The notes under the pieces were generated by a model, which searched no databases, had not been told where the DNA came from, and saw only the letters and a program-made list of their open reading frames with translations. From assembly GCA_002305445.1 (NCBI GenBank), contig DBRA01000071.1, positions 18,162 through 74,753 on the forward strand: DNA of 56,592 nucleotides, given 5' to 3'. A program made the translations under genes and the position numbers. Origin of the DNA: Clostridiales bacterium UBA1380. Its GTDB lineage: Bacteria; Bacillota; Clostridia; Oscillospirales; CAG-272. Shown piece after piece: positions 26,411-35,988 of the stretch (position 1 is its first letter; every line of letters starts with the position of its first letter).

Positions 26411-27259
26411 ATGCTTTCGGATTTTTTAACATATCCCTTCTTGACGCGAGTGCTCGTCGCGGGGCCGCTGCTTGCGCTTGCCGCCGCGCTTTTGGGCGTT
26501 CCGCTCGTGCAGCGGCGCTTCTCGATGATCGGCGACGGTCTTTCTCATGTCGGTTTCGGCGCGCTGACGGTCTCCGCGGCGCTCGGTCTGGCGCCGCTCG
26601 CCGTGTCGCTGCCCGCCGTTATCGTGACGGCGTTCATCATGCTGCGGCTCGGCGGCTCGGAAAAGCGCGTATCCGGCGACGCTGCCGTCGCCGTCTTTTC
26701 CGCAACCGCGCTGTCGGTCGGCGTAATCGCCGCGGCGCTGTCGACCGGCATGACGGCCGACATATACGGTTATATGTTCGGCTCGGTGCTCGCGCTCTCC
26801 CGTTCGGACGCGGTGATTGCGTCGGTCGCAAGCGTGGCGGTTATCGCCGTGTTCGCGCTTTGCTACAACCGTATTTTCGCCGTCGCGTTCGACGAGGATT
26901 TCTTCCGTTCGCTTTCGTCGTCGACGAAGAAGTCGCGCGTCGGCGAGCTGTTCGACCGCTTCGGCGGCTTCGACGCCGCCATGGCTGTGCTGACCGCGAT
27001 CGTCGTCGTGCTCGGTATGCGTATCATGGGCACGCTGCTGATATCGGGTCTGCTCGTGTTCCCCAGCCTGACGGCACAGAGATTATCGAAAAGCTTCAGA
27101 GGCGTCACGCTGTGCGCCGGCACCGTCAGCGTCGCCTGCTTCTTAATCGGTCTTGCGCTGTCGTATGCGCTCAACCTGCCGGTGGGTTCTGCCGTCGTCG
27201 CGGTGAACGCGGTTCTGTTCGTTCTGGCCGGAATTTTTACAAGATTGATAAAAACATGA
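26411..27259 (+). CDS. Metal ABC transporter permease (ZnuB-like)
   Basis: 282 aa polytopic membrane protein directly after the ATPase gene, with ABC-3 family layout. Confidence 0.85.
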   Translation: MLSDFLTYPFLTRVLVAGPLLALAAALLGVPLVQRRFSMIGDGLSHVGFGALTVSAALGLAPLAVSLPAVIVTAFIMLRLGGSEKRVSGDAAVAVFSATALSVGVIAAALSTGMTADIYGYMFGSVLALSRSDAVIASVASVAVIAVFALCYNRIFAVAFDEDFFRSLSSSTKKSRVGELFDRFGGFDAAMAVLTAIVVVLGMRIMGTLLISGLLVFPSLTAQRLSKSFRGVTLCAGTVSVACFLIGLALSYALNLPVGSAVVAVNAVLFVLAGIFTRLIKT

Positions 27260-27431
27260 CAACAGCTGTTTTTATCGGATATTCCCTGCTTTTTACCATT
27301 TGCTTTACGGTTAAAATGATTAATTCCGAAAGTTATATTGACATAAACATTATATATCTCTATAATAAAATCGTAATTGTGTCATAATATGTTTTGAACC
27401 AAAACTGATTAATCTACGAAAGGATTTTGAT

Positions 27432-28877
27432 ATGTCGATTAAAAGAATCATAGCTGTGCTTCTTGTCATACTGATGCTCGCTCCGGCGGTCATCTCCTGT
27501 GCCAATAATCAGCAAACGCCGGACTCACAGACATCAGCCGCGGATACGTCGGCTGTATCTGACACGTCAGACGCGGGAACATCCGAAACGAGCACTCTCC
27601 CTCCGCTCGAAATACCGAAAACGGATTATGACGGGTATCCATTCCATATTCTGACCGGTATCGACGAGACATACGCCATGCGCCGCGTCGCGTCCGAAGA
27701 GCTGACAGGCGAAGCCATCAACGACGCCTTCTACAACCGCAACCTCGCGGTCGAGGAAATGCTTAACATTAAAATAGAGCAGATCGACAACAACAACTCC
27801 GGCAACCTCGCTGCGTTTAAAACATCGGTCACCGCGGGCGACAATGCATACGACTGCGTATTCCTCAACTTCACCGACTCTGCTTCCGCCGTAACCGGCG
27901 GCAGCTGCCTCGATCTCAACAAACTGCCGTATGTCGACCTTGAAAAGCCCTGGTGGAACCGCGACTCGATCGAGCAGCTCAGCATTTTGGGCAAGACCTA
28001 TATGGTCGGCACCGACTTATCCGTCGGCGACAAGGACGTTATGTGGGTGCTTTTCTTCGACAAAGAGCGCCTTGCCGAGCTGAAGCTCGAGAATCCCTAC
28101 CAGCTTGTCGCCGATAACAAATGGACTTTCGCGAAGTTCTACGAGATGATGCAGAAGGGTCTCAACGACGTCAACGGCGACGGCAAATACACAGTCAAGG
28201 ATAACTACGGCCTTCTGACACACGCCGAAAACTACTGCGGTCTCTGGAGCAGCGCCGGCGAGTCTCTTTTCAAGCTCGACGGAAACAAAGAGCCCGTCAT
28301 CGCCTGGGGTTCCGAGCGTTTCGCAAACGTCTGGGATATAATCGTCAAGATCATGGGTTCCGACGCCACCTACGGCACCGATATCGGGTTTATATCGTCC
28401 GGTCTTAGAGATGGTCGCGCGCTGTTCGCAACCGAAGTCGTCGCGTTCATCCGCGCGTACCGTGAAAACGAGCGCGAATTCGGCATTCTGCCCATGCCCA
28501 AGTTCGATGAGAACCAGGACCGTTACTACACCTACGTCGCCGTCAACTCGATGCTGATGCTCGTCGGTAAGAACGTCGAACAGGAGAGAACGGGCGAAAT
28601 CCTCGAAGCGCTTGCCGCGAAGGGCCGCGAGATCATCCTTCCCGCCTACTATGATGTTTCGCTTAAATCCAAGTACAGCCGCGACGAAGAATCAAGCGCT
28701 TCGCTCGACATAATCTTCGAGAACCGCATGTATGACCTCGGCCTCGTCTACAGCTGGGGCGGCGTCATCAACAAACTCAAGAGCGTCGACGCTAACATCG
28801 CGTCCGTGTACGCCTCCTCCGAGACCTCATCCAACAAGGCAATTCAGAAGACTCTCGAAAAGATAGCGATGGACTGA
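27432..28877 (+). CDS. Extracellular solute-binding lipoprotein (paralog of 15506-16960), no adjacent permease
   Basis: 481 aa. Lipobox AVISCAN. Shares EELTGEAINDAFYNRN, LENPYQLVADNKWTFAKFYEMM and DVNGDGKYTVKDN with the other SBP. Confidence 0.75.
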   Translation: MSIKRIIAVLLVILMLAPAVISCANNQQTPDSQTSAADTSAVSDTSDAGTSETSTLPPLEIPKTDYDGYPFHILTGIDETYAMRRVASEELTGEAINDAFYNRNLAVEEMLNIKIEQIDNNNSGNLAAFKTSVTAGDNAYDCVFLNFTDSASAVTGGSCLDLNKLPYVDLEKPWWNRDSIEQLSILGKTYMVGTDLSVGDKDVMWVLFFDKERLAELKLENPYQLVADNKWTFAKFYEMMQKGLNDVNGDGKYTVKDNYGLLTHAENYCGLWSSAGESLFKLDGNKEPVIAWGSERFANVWDIIVKIMGSDATYGTDIGFISSGLRDGRALFATEVVAFIRAYRENEREFGILPMPKFDENQDRYYTYVAVNSMLMLVGKNVEQERTGEILEALAAKGREIILPAYYDVSLKSKYSRDEESSASLDIIFENRMYDLGLVYSWGGVINKLKSVDANIASVYASSETSSNKAIQKTLEKIAMD

Positions 28878-28888
28878 TATAAATGCAA

Positions 28889-28922
28889 AGTCTCCGTTTC
28901 TTCGTGAAACGGAGACTTTTTT
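28889..28922 (+). terminator. Rho-independent terminator
   Basis: Stem AGTCTCCGTTTC / GAAACGGAGACT followed by TTTTTT. Confidence 0.75.
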
Positions 28923-28973
28923 ATATTAAAACAGGGGGCGCCGGCGCGCTCCCTGTTTCAGTTATATAATAAG

Positions 28974-31310
28974 TTACAGCTGTTCGATATTGACGGCGGT
29001 GCCGTGCTTGACGCGGTCGCGTACCTCTGCGCGCTTCGCGTCGTTGAACGATTCGAGCGTTCCGACGAGGTAGCCGGTTATGCGGCGTATGCGCTCAAAC
29101 CTCGGGCCGCCGTCGTCCTCGGTGCGGCCGCACTTCGGGCATGCGTTTTCGATTATGCCGGTGTACCCGCAGACAGGGTCGCGGTCGACCGGATGGTTGA
29201 GCGAGCCGTAGCCGATGCCGCAGCGCTTCATGTCGTTCACGATGTCCTCGAACGCCTCGAGGTTCTCGAGCGGGTCTCCGTCAAGCTCGACATACGTGAT
29301 GTGGCCGGCGTTCGTGAGCGCATGGTACGGCGCTTCGAGCCTGATCTTGTCGTGCGCGCTGATGTCGAAGTAAACCGGTATGTGGAAGCTGTTCGTGTAA
29401 TACTCGCGGTCGGTCACGCCGGGTATCGATCCGTACCGCTTCTGGTCAAGCCGGACGAAGCGGCCGGACAGCCCCTCGGCGGGCGTCGCGAGCAGCGTGA
29501 AGTTGAGCCCGTACTTTTTTGTCATCTCGTCCGTCTTCTTGCGCATAAAGCCGACAATCTCGAGGCCGAGCGACTGGGCGGCGGTGGTCTGTCCGTGGTG
29601 GCTGCCGACCAGCGCCACAAGCGTTTCCGCGAGGCCGATGAAGCCGATCGACAGCGTGCCGTGCTTCAGTATCTCGCCGACCTTGTCGTCGATATCGAGC
29701 TTGTCCGAGTCGATCCAAACGCCCTCGCCCATCAAAAACGGGTAGTTGCGAACGGTCTTTTCGCACTGTATCCTGAAACGGTCGAGAAGCTGACGGCAGA
29801 CGAGCTCCATCTTGCTCTCGAGATCCTCGAAGAAGCGGTCGATGTTTTTATTCGCCTCTATCGCGATACGCGGGAGGTTGATGCTCGTGAACGACAGATT
29901 TCCGCGGCCGCAGACTGTCTCGCGCGTTTTATCGTAGTAGTTGCCGATGACGCGCGTGCGGCAGCCCATATACGCGACTTCGGTGTCGTAATCGCCGGGC
30001 TTATAGTACTGAAGGTTGAACGGCGCGTCGAGGAACGAGAAATTCGGGAACAGGCGCTTCGCCGACACCTTGCAGGCGAGCCTGAAAAGGTCGTAGTTCG
30101 GGTCTCCCGGCAGAGCACTGACGCCGTCCTTGACCTTGAAGATCTGGATCGGGTAGATCGGCGTTTCGCCGTGGCCGAGACCGTCCCACGTAGCGTCGAG
30201 TATCGACTTTATCACAAGCCGGCCTTCGGGCGACGTATCCGTGCCGTAGTTCAGCGACGAGAACGGAACCTGCGCGCCCGCGCGCGAGTGCATCGTGTTG
30301 AGGTTGTGCACGAGCGCTTCCATCGCCTGATGCGTCGACCGGTCGATCTCGCGAATCGTATACTTTTCGGTGAAAGCGACGATCCGCTCCGCGGTCTTTT
30401 CGTCGTATCTTTCCGCAAGAATGGTTTTGATGCGGCTGCCGAATTCCGTTATGGTTCCGAGCGTCGGCTCCGCACCGTACTTCTCCATGACCTCGGCTAA
30501 TATCTCGTCCGCCGCGTTCTCGCCGCCGTCGAGCAGCTCCGTGGCTTTGCCGAGGTTGCGGCGGTACTGGCGCGCGAACGTCTTGCGAACGCCGATCGCC
30601 ATGCCGTAGTCGAAGTTCGGTATCGACTGTCCGCCGTGCTGGTCGTTCTGGTTCGCCTGTATCGCGATCGCCGCGAGCGCCGCGTATGACATGATGTCGT
30701 TCGGCTCGCGCAGATGGCCGTGGCCGGTCGAAAATCCGCCCGAGAACAGCTTGATGATGTCAATCTGGCAGCATGTCGTCGTGAGCGTCAGGAAATCGAG
30801 GTCGTGGATGTGTATATCGCCTTCCCTGTGCGCTTTAGCGACGGCGGGGTCGAGTATGTAAAGTTCGTTGAAGTGCTTCGCGCCTTCGGAGCCGTACTTG
30901 AACATTGTGCCCATCGAGGTGTCGCCGTTTATGTTGGCGTTCTCGCGCTTCGTATCGCTGTCTTTCGCGCTGCTGAACGTAAGATCCTCGTATGTCTTCA
31001 TGAGCTTCGTGTCCATCTCGCGGATGCGCGTGCGCTCGGCTCTGTACAGGATGTACTCCTTCGCGGTGCGCGCGTGGCCGTGCTTGATCAGAACGCGCTC
31101 GACCATGTCCTGTATCTGTTCGACGGTCGGCGTCTCTTTCGTCGCCTTGCACTCTTCCTCGATTTTCTCAGCCACTTCGCATGCGAGAGCCATCGCCTCG
31201 TCGTAGTCGTTGCCGCCGAGAGCCTTTGCCGCTTTGAAGATTGCGTTTGCGATTTTCTCGATGTTAAACGGCACTTCCCGCCCGTCGCGCTTTTTGATTT
31301 TTGTCAGCAT
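28974..31310 (-). CDS. nrdD: Anaerobic ribonucleoside-triphosphate reductase (class III)
   Basis: 778 aa. N-terminal ATP-cone (KIKKRDGREVPFNIEKI), C-terminal zinc site CPKCG and glycyl-radical motif RRITGYL. GGAGGAG RBS. Confidence 0.9.
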   Translation of the reverse strand: MLTKIKKRDGREVPFNIEKIANAIFKAAKALGGNDYDEAMALACEVAEKIEEECKATKETPTVEQIQDMVERVLIKHGHARTAKEYILYRAERTRIREMDTKLMKTYEDLTFSSAKDSDTKRENANINGDTSMGTMFKYGSEGAKHFNELYILDPAVAKAHREGDIHIHDLDFLTLTTTCCQIDIIKLFSGGFSTGHGHLREPNDIMSYAALAAIAIQANQNDQHGGQSIPNFDYGMAIGVRKTFARQYRRNLGKATELLDGGENAADEILAEVMEKYGAEPTLGTITEFGSRIKTILAERYDEKTAERIVAFTEKYTIREIDRSTHQAMEALVHNLNTMHSRAGAQVPFSSLNYGTDTSPEGRLVIKSILDATWDGLGHGETPIYPIQIFKVKDGVSALPGDPNYDLFRLACKVSAKRLFPNFSFLDAPFNLQYYKPGDYDTEVAYMGCRTRVIGNYYDKTRETVCGRGNLSFTSINLPRIAIEANKNIDRFFEDLESKMELVCRQLLDRFRIQCEKTVRNYPFLMGEGVWIDSDKLDIDDKVGEILKHGTLSIGFIGLAETLVALVGSHHGQTTAAQSLGLEIVGFMRKKTDEMTKKYGLNFTLLATPAEGLSGRFVRLDQKRYGSIPGVTDREYYTNSFHIPVYFDISAHDKIRLEAPYHALTNAGHITYVELDGDPLENLEAFEDIVNDMKRCGIGYGSLNHPVDRDPVCGYTGIIENACPKCGRTEDDGGPRFERIRRITGYLVGTLESFNDAKRAEVRDRVKHGTAVNIEQL

Positions 31311-31454
31311 CTGGTTCAGCTCCTCCGTCTCAGCTCCCGCGGCCTATTCGAAAACCGCGCCCGAACGTATTTGTTACGTTTCGGGCGTAATAAAACTAAA
31401 AAACGTATTAATGGATATTATGGGAGACAGTAACAATGTGTTTTGATGTAATAT

Positions 31455-31483
31455 ATTATATCCCCGCAGACAGAATTAGTCAA
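31455..31483 (-). promoter_or_regulatory. sigma-70-type promoter for nrdD
   Basis: Minus strand: TTGACT (31478-31483), 17 nt, TATAAT (31455-31460). This gives a leader of about 140 nt that contains a bulged hairpin at 31367-31396. Confidence 0.55.
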
Positions 31484-31796
31484 TGACTCCATGTGCTCCA
31501 TATCGGACAAATATAAGACCGATATATTGTGCATTCCAACAAAATTTTTCTCTTATAAAGCGCACCGGAGAGAACATACGTTCTTTGTAAAACGTCGAAA
31601 ATGCTTAATTAAAGCGGATCAGCGTCGAATTTTCCGAAATATTTTATTCATATTATGGCACAGCGGCCGATACAATATATCAACGAATAAAAATTCAAAG
31701 CATACAACATTTTGATTGGGTAAATAATTGAAAATCTGGAATTAATAATCGGACTCGATTTTGTTGAAATTTTTTGTCGAAAGATGATGATTTATA

Positions 31797-31825
31797 TTGC
31801 CAACGGAAAGCGTTTATGGTATAAT
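31797..31825 (+). promoter_or_regulatory. sigma-70-type promoter for the SGNH hydrolase gene (about 200-nt leader)
   Basis: TTGCCA (31797-31802), 17 nt, TATAAT (31820-31825). Confidence 0.5.
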
Positions 31826-32033
31826 TTTAGCAGATAATGAAAAGCGGCGGCGAACATTTATTCTTTCTAATATTTAGGGAACCGGATAGATGCGGTCGCC
31901 GTCAATTAACATATAAAACCGGCCCGAAAAAGGTCGATTGCACAAGGTCGCCTCCTGCATCCCGCTCGTTTTTCACTGGCAGTCTTTACGCTGTATTGTA
32001 TATAAACGAAAGCCCGACACCGGAGGAATCGAA

Positions 32034-33008
32034 ATGCAGAAATATCAGTCTTACCGCGAATATGCGGCAGGGGTATCTCTTTTGAGAACTGAACATTACT
32101 ACAGTAAGATTGCGGCGGTGCGACGTAAAAGAATCTTCGTACACGCGCTCCTTCTGCTTCTCGCGGTCGGGTGCGTATTTGCCGCTTTACATATAAAACA
32201 AGCCGCGGACGATATGGCGGACAGTCTGCCGGCTATCCGCGATTCGGTCGATTTGCAGCCGCTTTATGCCCTGCCCGCCTCCGAAACGGTTCCGCATGTG
32301 ACATATGTCGCTCCCGAAACCGAATATGCTGAAACGGGCGAAACGACAGAGACTTTGCCGGCGGACGCCGAAGCGCCGTCACCCGGAGATTCGGGCGAGC
32401 AGGTTTATTCGAGCCTTGTGCCGGAAAGCGACGCCGTTTCGGACGAGTGGTTTAATGACGCCGTTTTCATCGGCGACAGCCGCATCGTGGGGCTGTCGAT
32501 GCACTCCGGGCTTAAGTCGACGTGGTACGCACAGGTCGGCCTCCATATCTCGAACCTCGATAAAAAGGCGTTCATCCCATCAGACGGCGACGATATAACC
32601 GTTATGGACGCCCTGAAAAAGAACAGCGACTTTAAAAAGGTGTACGTTTCGGTCGGGCTGAACGAGCTCGGTTGGTCGAGCGTATCTATGTTCGGTTCGA
32701 TCTACGCCGGCGCGATCGACAACATCCGCGCGATTCTTCCGGACGCGAAAATCTATGTTATAAACATAATACCGCTCACCGCGTCGAGCTCCGCGGTCAC
32801 CTACGACGGCAATCCGCGCGTGCGCGAATACAACGATATCCTGCGCGGCCTGTGCGATGAAAAGGGTATATTCTACCTCGACCTTTATTCGGCCTTCGCA
32901 GACGAAAACGGCAATCTGCCGGACGAGTTCAGCGCCGACGGCGTCCATCTGACAAAGAACGGCTATATTAAGTGGGCGGACTATCTGCGCACGCATACCG
33001 GCGAATGA
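32034..33008 (+). CDS. Membrane-anchored SGNH/GDSL hydrolase family protein
   Basis: GGAGGA RBS before ATG 32034. N-terminal TM segment. SGNH blocks FIGDSR, GLNELG and DGVHLT. Confidence 0.8.
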   Translation: MQKYQSYREYAAGVSLLRTEHYYSKIAAVRRKRIFVHALLLLLAVGCVFAALHIKQAADDMADSLPAIRDSVDLQPLYALPASETVPHVTYVAPETEYAETGETTETLPADAEAPSPGDSGEQVYSSLVPESDAVSDEWFNDAVFIGDSRIVGLSMHSGLKSTWYAQVGLHISNLDKKAFIPSDGDDITVMDALKKNSDFKKVYVSVGLNELGWSSVSMFGSIYAGAIDNIRAILPDAKIYVINIIPLTASSSAVTYDGNPRVREYNDILRGLCDEKGIFYLDLYSAFADENGNLPDEFSADGVHLTKNGYIKWADYLRTHTGE

Positions 33009-33048
33009 ACCTTTGGCGCTTCCATGTAAGCCACGGAGTGATTATTTA

Positions 33049-33525
33049 ATGAAAATGATTATTATACTGACCGCTTTGGTATTATGCTGCGTTATGTTCG
33101 CCGCCTGTTCCGCCGGCGATGAAGCCGATATGGAAATCGACGCGCACGCGCTCGGGCAGAGTCTGGCAGACGCGGACATATATGACGATCTTTTATATGA
33201 AGTCGACGACTTCGTTGTGTTCCAGATTTACAATCTGTCCGACTACTCATCGTCCGGATTCGCGTGGGCGGGTACCGGTGCAACCTCCGAATCGGTCGCG
33301 GTCTTCGAATGCGCGGACGCGGCGAGCGCTTCCGGCGCCGTCGCGGCGCTGAAGGATTACCGCAACTCCATGTTGGCGGACTTCGCGCGATATACCGCGG
33401 GCGAGATCGAGAAGCTGAACGACGCGATCATCGAGAGCCGCGGAAAATGCGCGATCTACTGCGTCAGCGCCGACGCGTCGGCCGCCGCGAAGATTATCGA
33501 CGATTTTTTCAAAAATGCTGAATAA
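33049..33525 (+). CDS. DUF4358-like lipoprotein
   Basis: Lipobox MFAACSAG. The short secreted domain resembles DUF4358, which is often paired with SGNH hydrolase genes. Confidence 0.6.
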   Translation: MKMIIILTALVLCCVMFAACSAGDEADMEIDAHALGQSLADADIYDDLLYEVDDFVVFQIYNLSDYSSSGFAWAGTGATSESVAVFECADAASASGAVAALKDYRNSMLADFARYTAGEIEKLNDAIIESRGKCAIYCVSADASAAAKIIDDFFKNAE

Positions 33526-33531
33526 AAGCGA

Positions 33532-33564
33532 CGCGATATGCGGAAAATCCGCATATCGCGTTTT
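33532..33564 (+). terminator. Rho-independent terminator
   Basis: 12-bp stem CGCGATATGCGG / CCGCATATCGCG with loop AAAAT, then TTTT. Confidence 0.8.
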
Positions 33565-33633
33565 ATCGCCCGCGCGTCGGCGAATTTTATCGTTTTCGCA
33601 TAATTGCCGTCGATTCGCGCATTAGCGCGGCGC

Positions 33634-33662
33634 TTGACAAAGACGGCGCGCCGTGATATAAT
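33634..33662 (+). promoter_or_regulatory. Consensus sigma-70 promoter for the pheS leader
   Basis: TTGACA (33634-33639), 17 nt, TATAAT (33657-33662). Confidence 0.75.
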
Positions 33663-33664
33663 TC

Positions 33665-34010
33665 AAAGAGCGTATTTTATAAATCGAAAAGGCCGTGAAG
33701 AAGCGGCAAACCGCGTATAAACCGTCAAAGAGAAGGCCGCCGCGCAAAGCGCGGGTGAGAGCGGCCGGCGGCGGCGCGGCGCGCCTTTCGCTTCGGAGCC
33801 GCTGCAGTCAAGGCGAAAACGGGCGGGCAATCCGATCCGCTTATCCGTACAGCCGCGCATATGCGCGGTGAGCTCAGCTGCAGCCGTCTGGCGAACGTTA
33901 CAAGCGCCGTCAAAGTGTCGGCTTTGACCGAAATCAGGGTGGTACCGCGGGATATGTGTCCCGTCCCCGATGCGTTCCGCTGAAGGCGGCGCGCACGGGG
34001 CATTTTTTAT
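33665..34010 (+). promoter_or_regulatory. T-box riboswitch leader (Phe) with intrinsic terminator
   Basis: T-box sequence AAATCAGGGTGGTACCGCGG at 33931-33950. Terminator helix at 33965-34000 is followed by TTTTTT. Stem I-like AGAGA and GGTGAGAG elements lie at 33729-33760. UUC triplets occur at 33787-33789 and 33792-33794. The leader lies directly upstream of pheS. Confidence 0.85.
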
Positions 34011-34047
34011 TTTAAACGACAAGCATGTGAAAGGAATAAAAGCAGCA

Positions 34048-35082
34048 ATGAAGGAAAAACTCGAACGCATAAAAGAAGCCGCGATGGCGGCTCTTTCGGA
34101 TGCGAACGCGGACATCGAGGAGATACGCGTCCGCTTCCTCGGCAAAAAGGGCGAGCTGACGGCGGTGCTTCGCGGCATGGGCGCGCTTTCGCCCGAGGAG
34201 CGCCCCGTGATCGGCGCGATGGCGAACGAAGTCCGCGCCGCAATCGAATCCGCCATCGAAGAAAAGCAGCGTCAGCTGAAGGAAGCGGTCATGCGCATGC
34301 GCCTCGAATCGGAGCGCGTCGACGTTACGGCACCCGGCGAGCCTGTCGGCTGCGGACATATGCATCCGCTTTCTAAGACGCAGCGCGAAATGGAAGACAT
34401 CTTCATCGGTATGGGCTTCTCTATCGCCGAGGGGCCGGAGGTCGAGTATGACCACTACAACTTCGAAAAGCTGAACATACCGAAGAACCACCCCGCGCGC
34501 GACACGCAGGACACGTTCTACATCACCGAAAACATACTGCTGCGCTCGCAGACATCGCCTGTGCAGGTGCGCACGATGGAGGTGCAGAAGCCGCCGATAC
34601 GCATCATATCGCCCGGCCGCGTCTACCGCTCCGACGCCGTCGACGCGTCGCACTCGCCGCTGTTCCATCAGCTCGAAGGGCTTGTCGTCGACCGCGGCAT
34701 AACGATGGGCGACCTCAAGGGAACGCTCGAGCTGTTCGCGCGCCGCATGTTCGGCGAAAAGACGCAGATCCGCTTCCGTCCGCACCACTTCCCTTTCACC
34801 GAGCCCTCCGCCGAAGTCGACGTCTCGTGCTTCGTGTGCGGCGGCACCGGAACGCTTGAAAACGGCTCCGGCTGCAGGCTTTGCAAAGGCGAGGGATGGA
34901 TCGAAATTTTAGGTGCCGGCATGGTGCACCCCTCCGTTCTGTCCGGCTGCGACATCGACCCGGACGAATACTCCGGCTTCGCGTTCGGCATGGGCATCGA
35001 GCGAATCGCGATGATCCGCCACGGCATCGACGACATGCGCCTGCTCTACGATAACGACGTCCGGTTCCTCGAACAGTTTTAA
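34048..35082 (+). CDS. pheS: Phenylalanine--tRNA ligase alpha subunit
   Basis: 344 aa from the internal ATG after GAAAGGAA. Class II aaRS motifs: [23 protein letters not shown] and [13 protein letters not shown]. Confidence 0.95.
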   Translation: MKEKLERIKEAAMAALSDANADIEEIRVRFLGKKGELTAVLRGMGALSPEERPVIGAMANEVRAAIESAIEEKQRQLKEAVMRMRLESERVDVTAPGEPVGCGHMHPLSKTQREMEDIFIGMGFSIAEGPEVEYDHYNFEKLNIPKNHPARDTQDTFYITENILLRSQTSPVQVRTMEVQKPPIRIISPGRVYRSDAVDASHSPLFHQLEGLVVDRGITMGDLKGTLELFARRMFGEKTQIRFRPHHFPFTEPSAEVDVSCFVCGGTGTLENGSGCRLCKGEGWIEILGAGMVHPSVLSGCDIDPDEYSGFAFGMGIERIAMIRHGIDDMRLLYDNDVRFLEQF

Positions 35083-35087
35083 TTAAT

Positions 35088-35966
35088 ATGGAAATCAAAA
35101 AGACGCTGCCGGATTATCTGCGTGAAGCGGTCCTCATGACGGTCGGAACGCTGCTCGTGGTTATCGGGATATACTTCTTCAAGTTCCCAAACAATTTCTC
35201 GACCGGCGGCGTGTCCGGTATATCGGTCATTCTCGGCAGGCTGATAACTTATAAGTTCGTCACGCCCGGCGCGGTCGTGTTTATCATCAACAGCGCGCTT
35301 CTGATCGTCGGATTCGCCGTTTTCGGCCGCGGATTCGGCTTTAAAACAGCCTACTGCTCGATGCTCATGTCGGTAGCGTTGTGGGCACTCGAGTATATCT
35401 GCCCGATGGACGCTCCTTTTACGGACGAACCGCTGCTCGAGCTGTGCTATGCGGTCATCTTCCCGGCGATAGGCAGCGCGATACTCTTCAACATCAACGC
35501 GACGACGGGCGGAACAGATATCATCGCAATGATTCTGCGCAAATATTCGTCGCTCGACATCGGAAAATCGCTCGCATGCGTCGATATCCTGATAGTCATA
35601 TCGAACGCTTTCGTATTCGGCATCAAGACCGGTCTGTTTTCCGCGCTCGGCCTTTTATCCAAAGCTCTGATCGTAGACTCCGTCATCGAAAACATCAATC
35701 TCTCGAAGTATTTCATCATCGTGACGGAAAAGCCGGACGAGATATGCGAATATATCACGAAGGAGCTGAACCGCAGCGGGACCGTGTGGAAAAGCGTCGG
35801 AGCCTACACGCATCACGAAAAGACCATCATACTTGTCGCGATGAAGCGCGCACAGGCCGCAAAGCTTCGCGTCTTTGTGAAAGCCACCGACCCGAATGCG
35901 TTTATCGTCATATCCAACACGAGCGACATTATCGGCAAGGGCTTTCGCACCGCCGTAACAAATTAA
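35088..35966 (+). CDS. YitT family membrane protein (DUF2179 C-terminal domain)
   Basis: 292 aa. N-terminal FFKFPNNFSTGGVSG and GGTDIIA motifs, five or six TM segments, and a soluble C-terminal domain. Confidence 0.8.
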   Translation: MEIKKTLPDYLREAVLMTVGTLLVVIGIYFFKFPNNFSTGGVSGISVILGRLITYKFVTPGAVVFIINSALLIVGFAVFGRGFGFKTAYCSMLMSVALWALEYICPMDAPFTDEPLLELCYAVIFPAIGSAILFNINATTGGTDIIAMILRKYSSLDIGKSLACVDILIVISNAFVFGIKTGLFSALGLLSKALIVDSVIENINLSKYFIIVTEKPDEICEYITKELNRSGTVWKSVGAYTHHEKTIILVAMKRAQAAKLRVFVKATDPNAFIVISNTSDIIGKGFRTAVTN

Positions 35967-35988
35967 ACGGACAGGAGATAATCATATT

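Noticed and set aside
31311-31454. nrdD leader examined for a cobalamin or other riboswitch
   Set aside because: It contains only one bulged hairpin (31367-31396). I could find no B12-box or other conserved riboswitch core, and class III RNR is not expected to be B12-regulated.
31491-31715. 74-aa ORF inside the AT-rich nrdD/SGNH spacer
   Set aside because: It has no RBS, is Lys/Arg/Phe-rich as expected from random AT-rich sequence, and has no recognisable domain.
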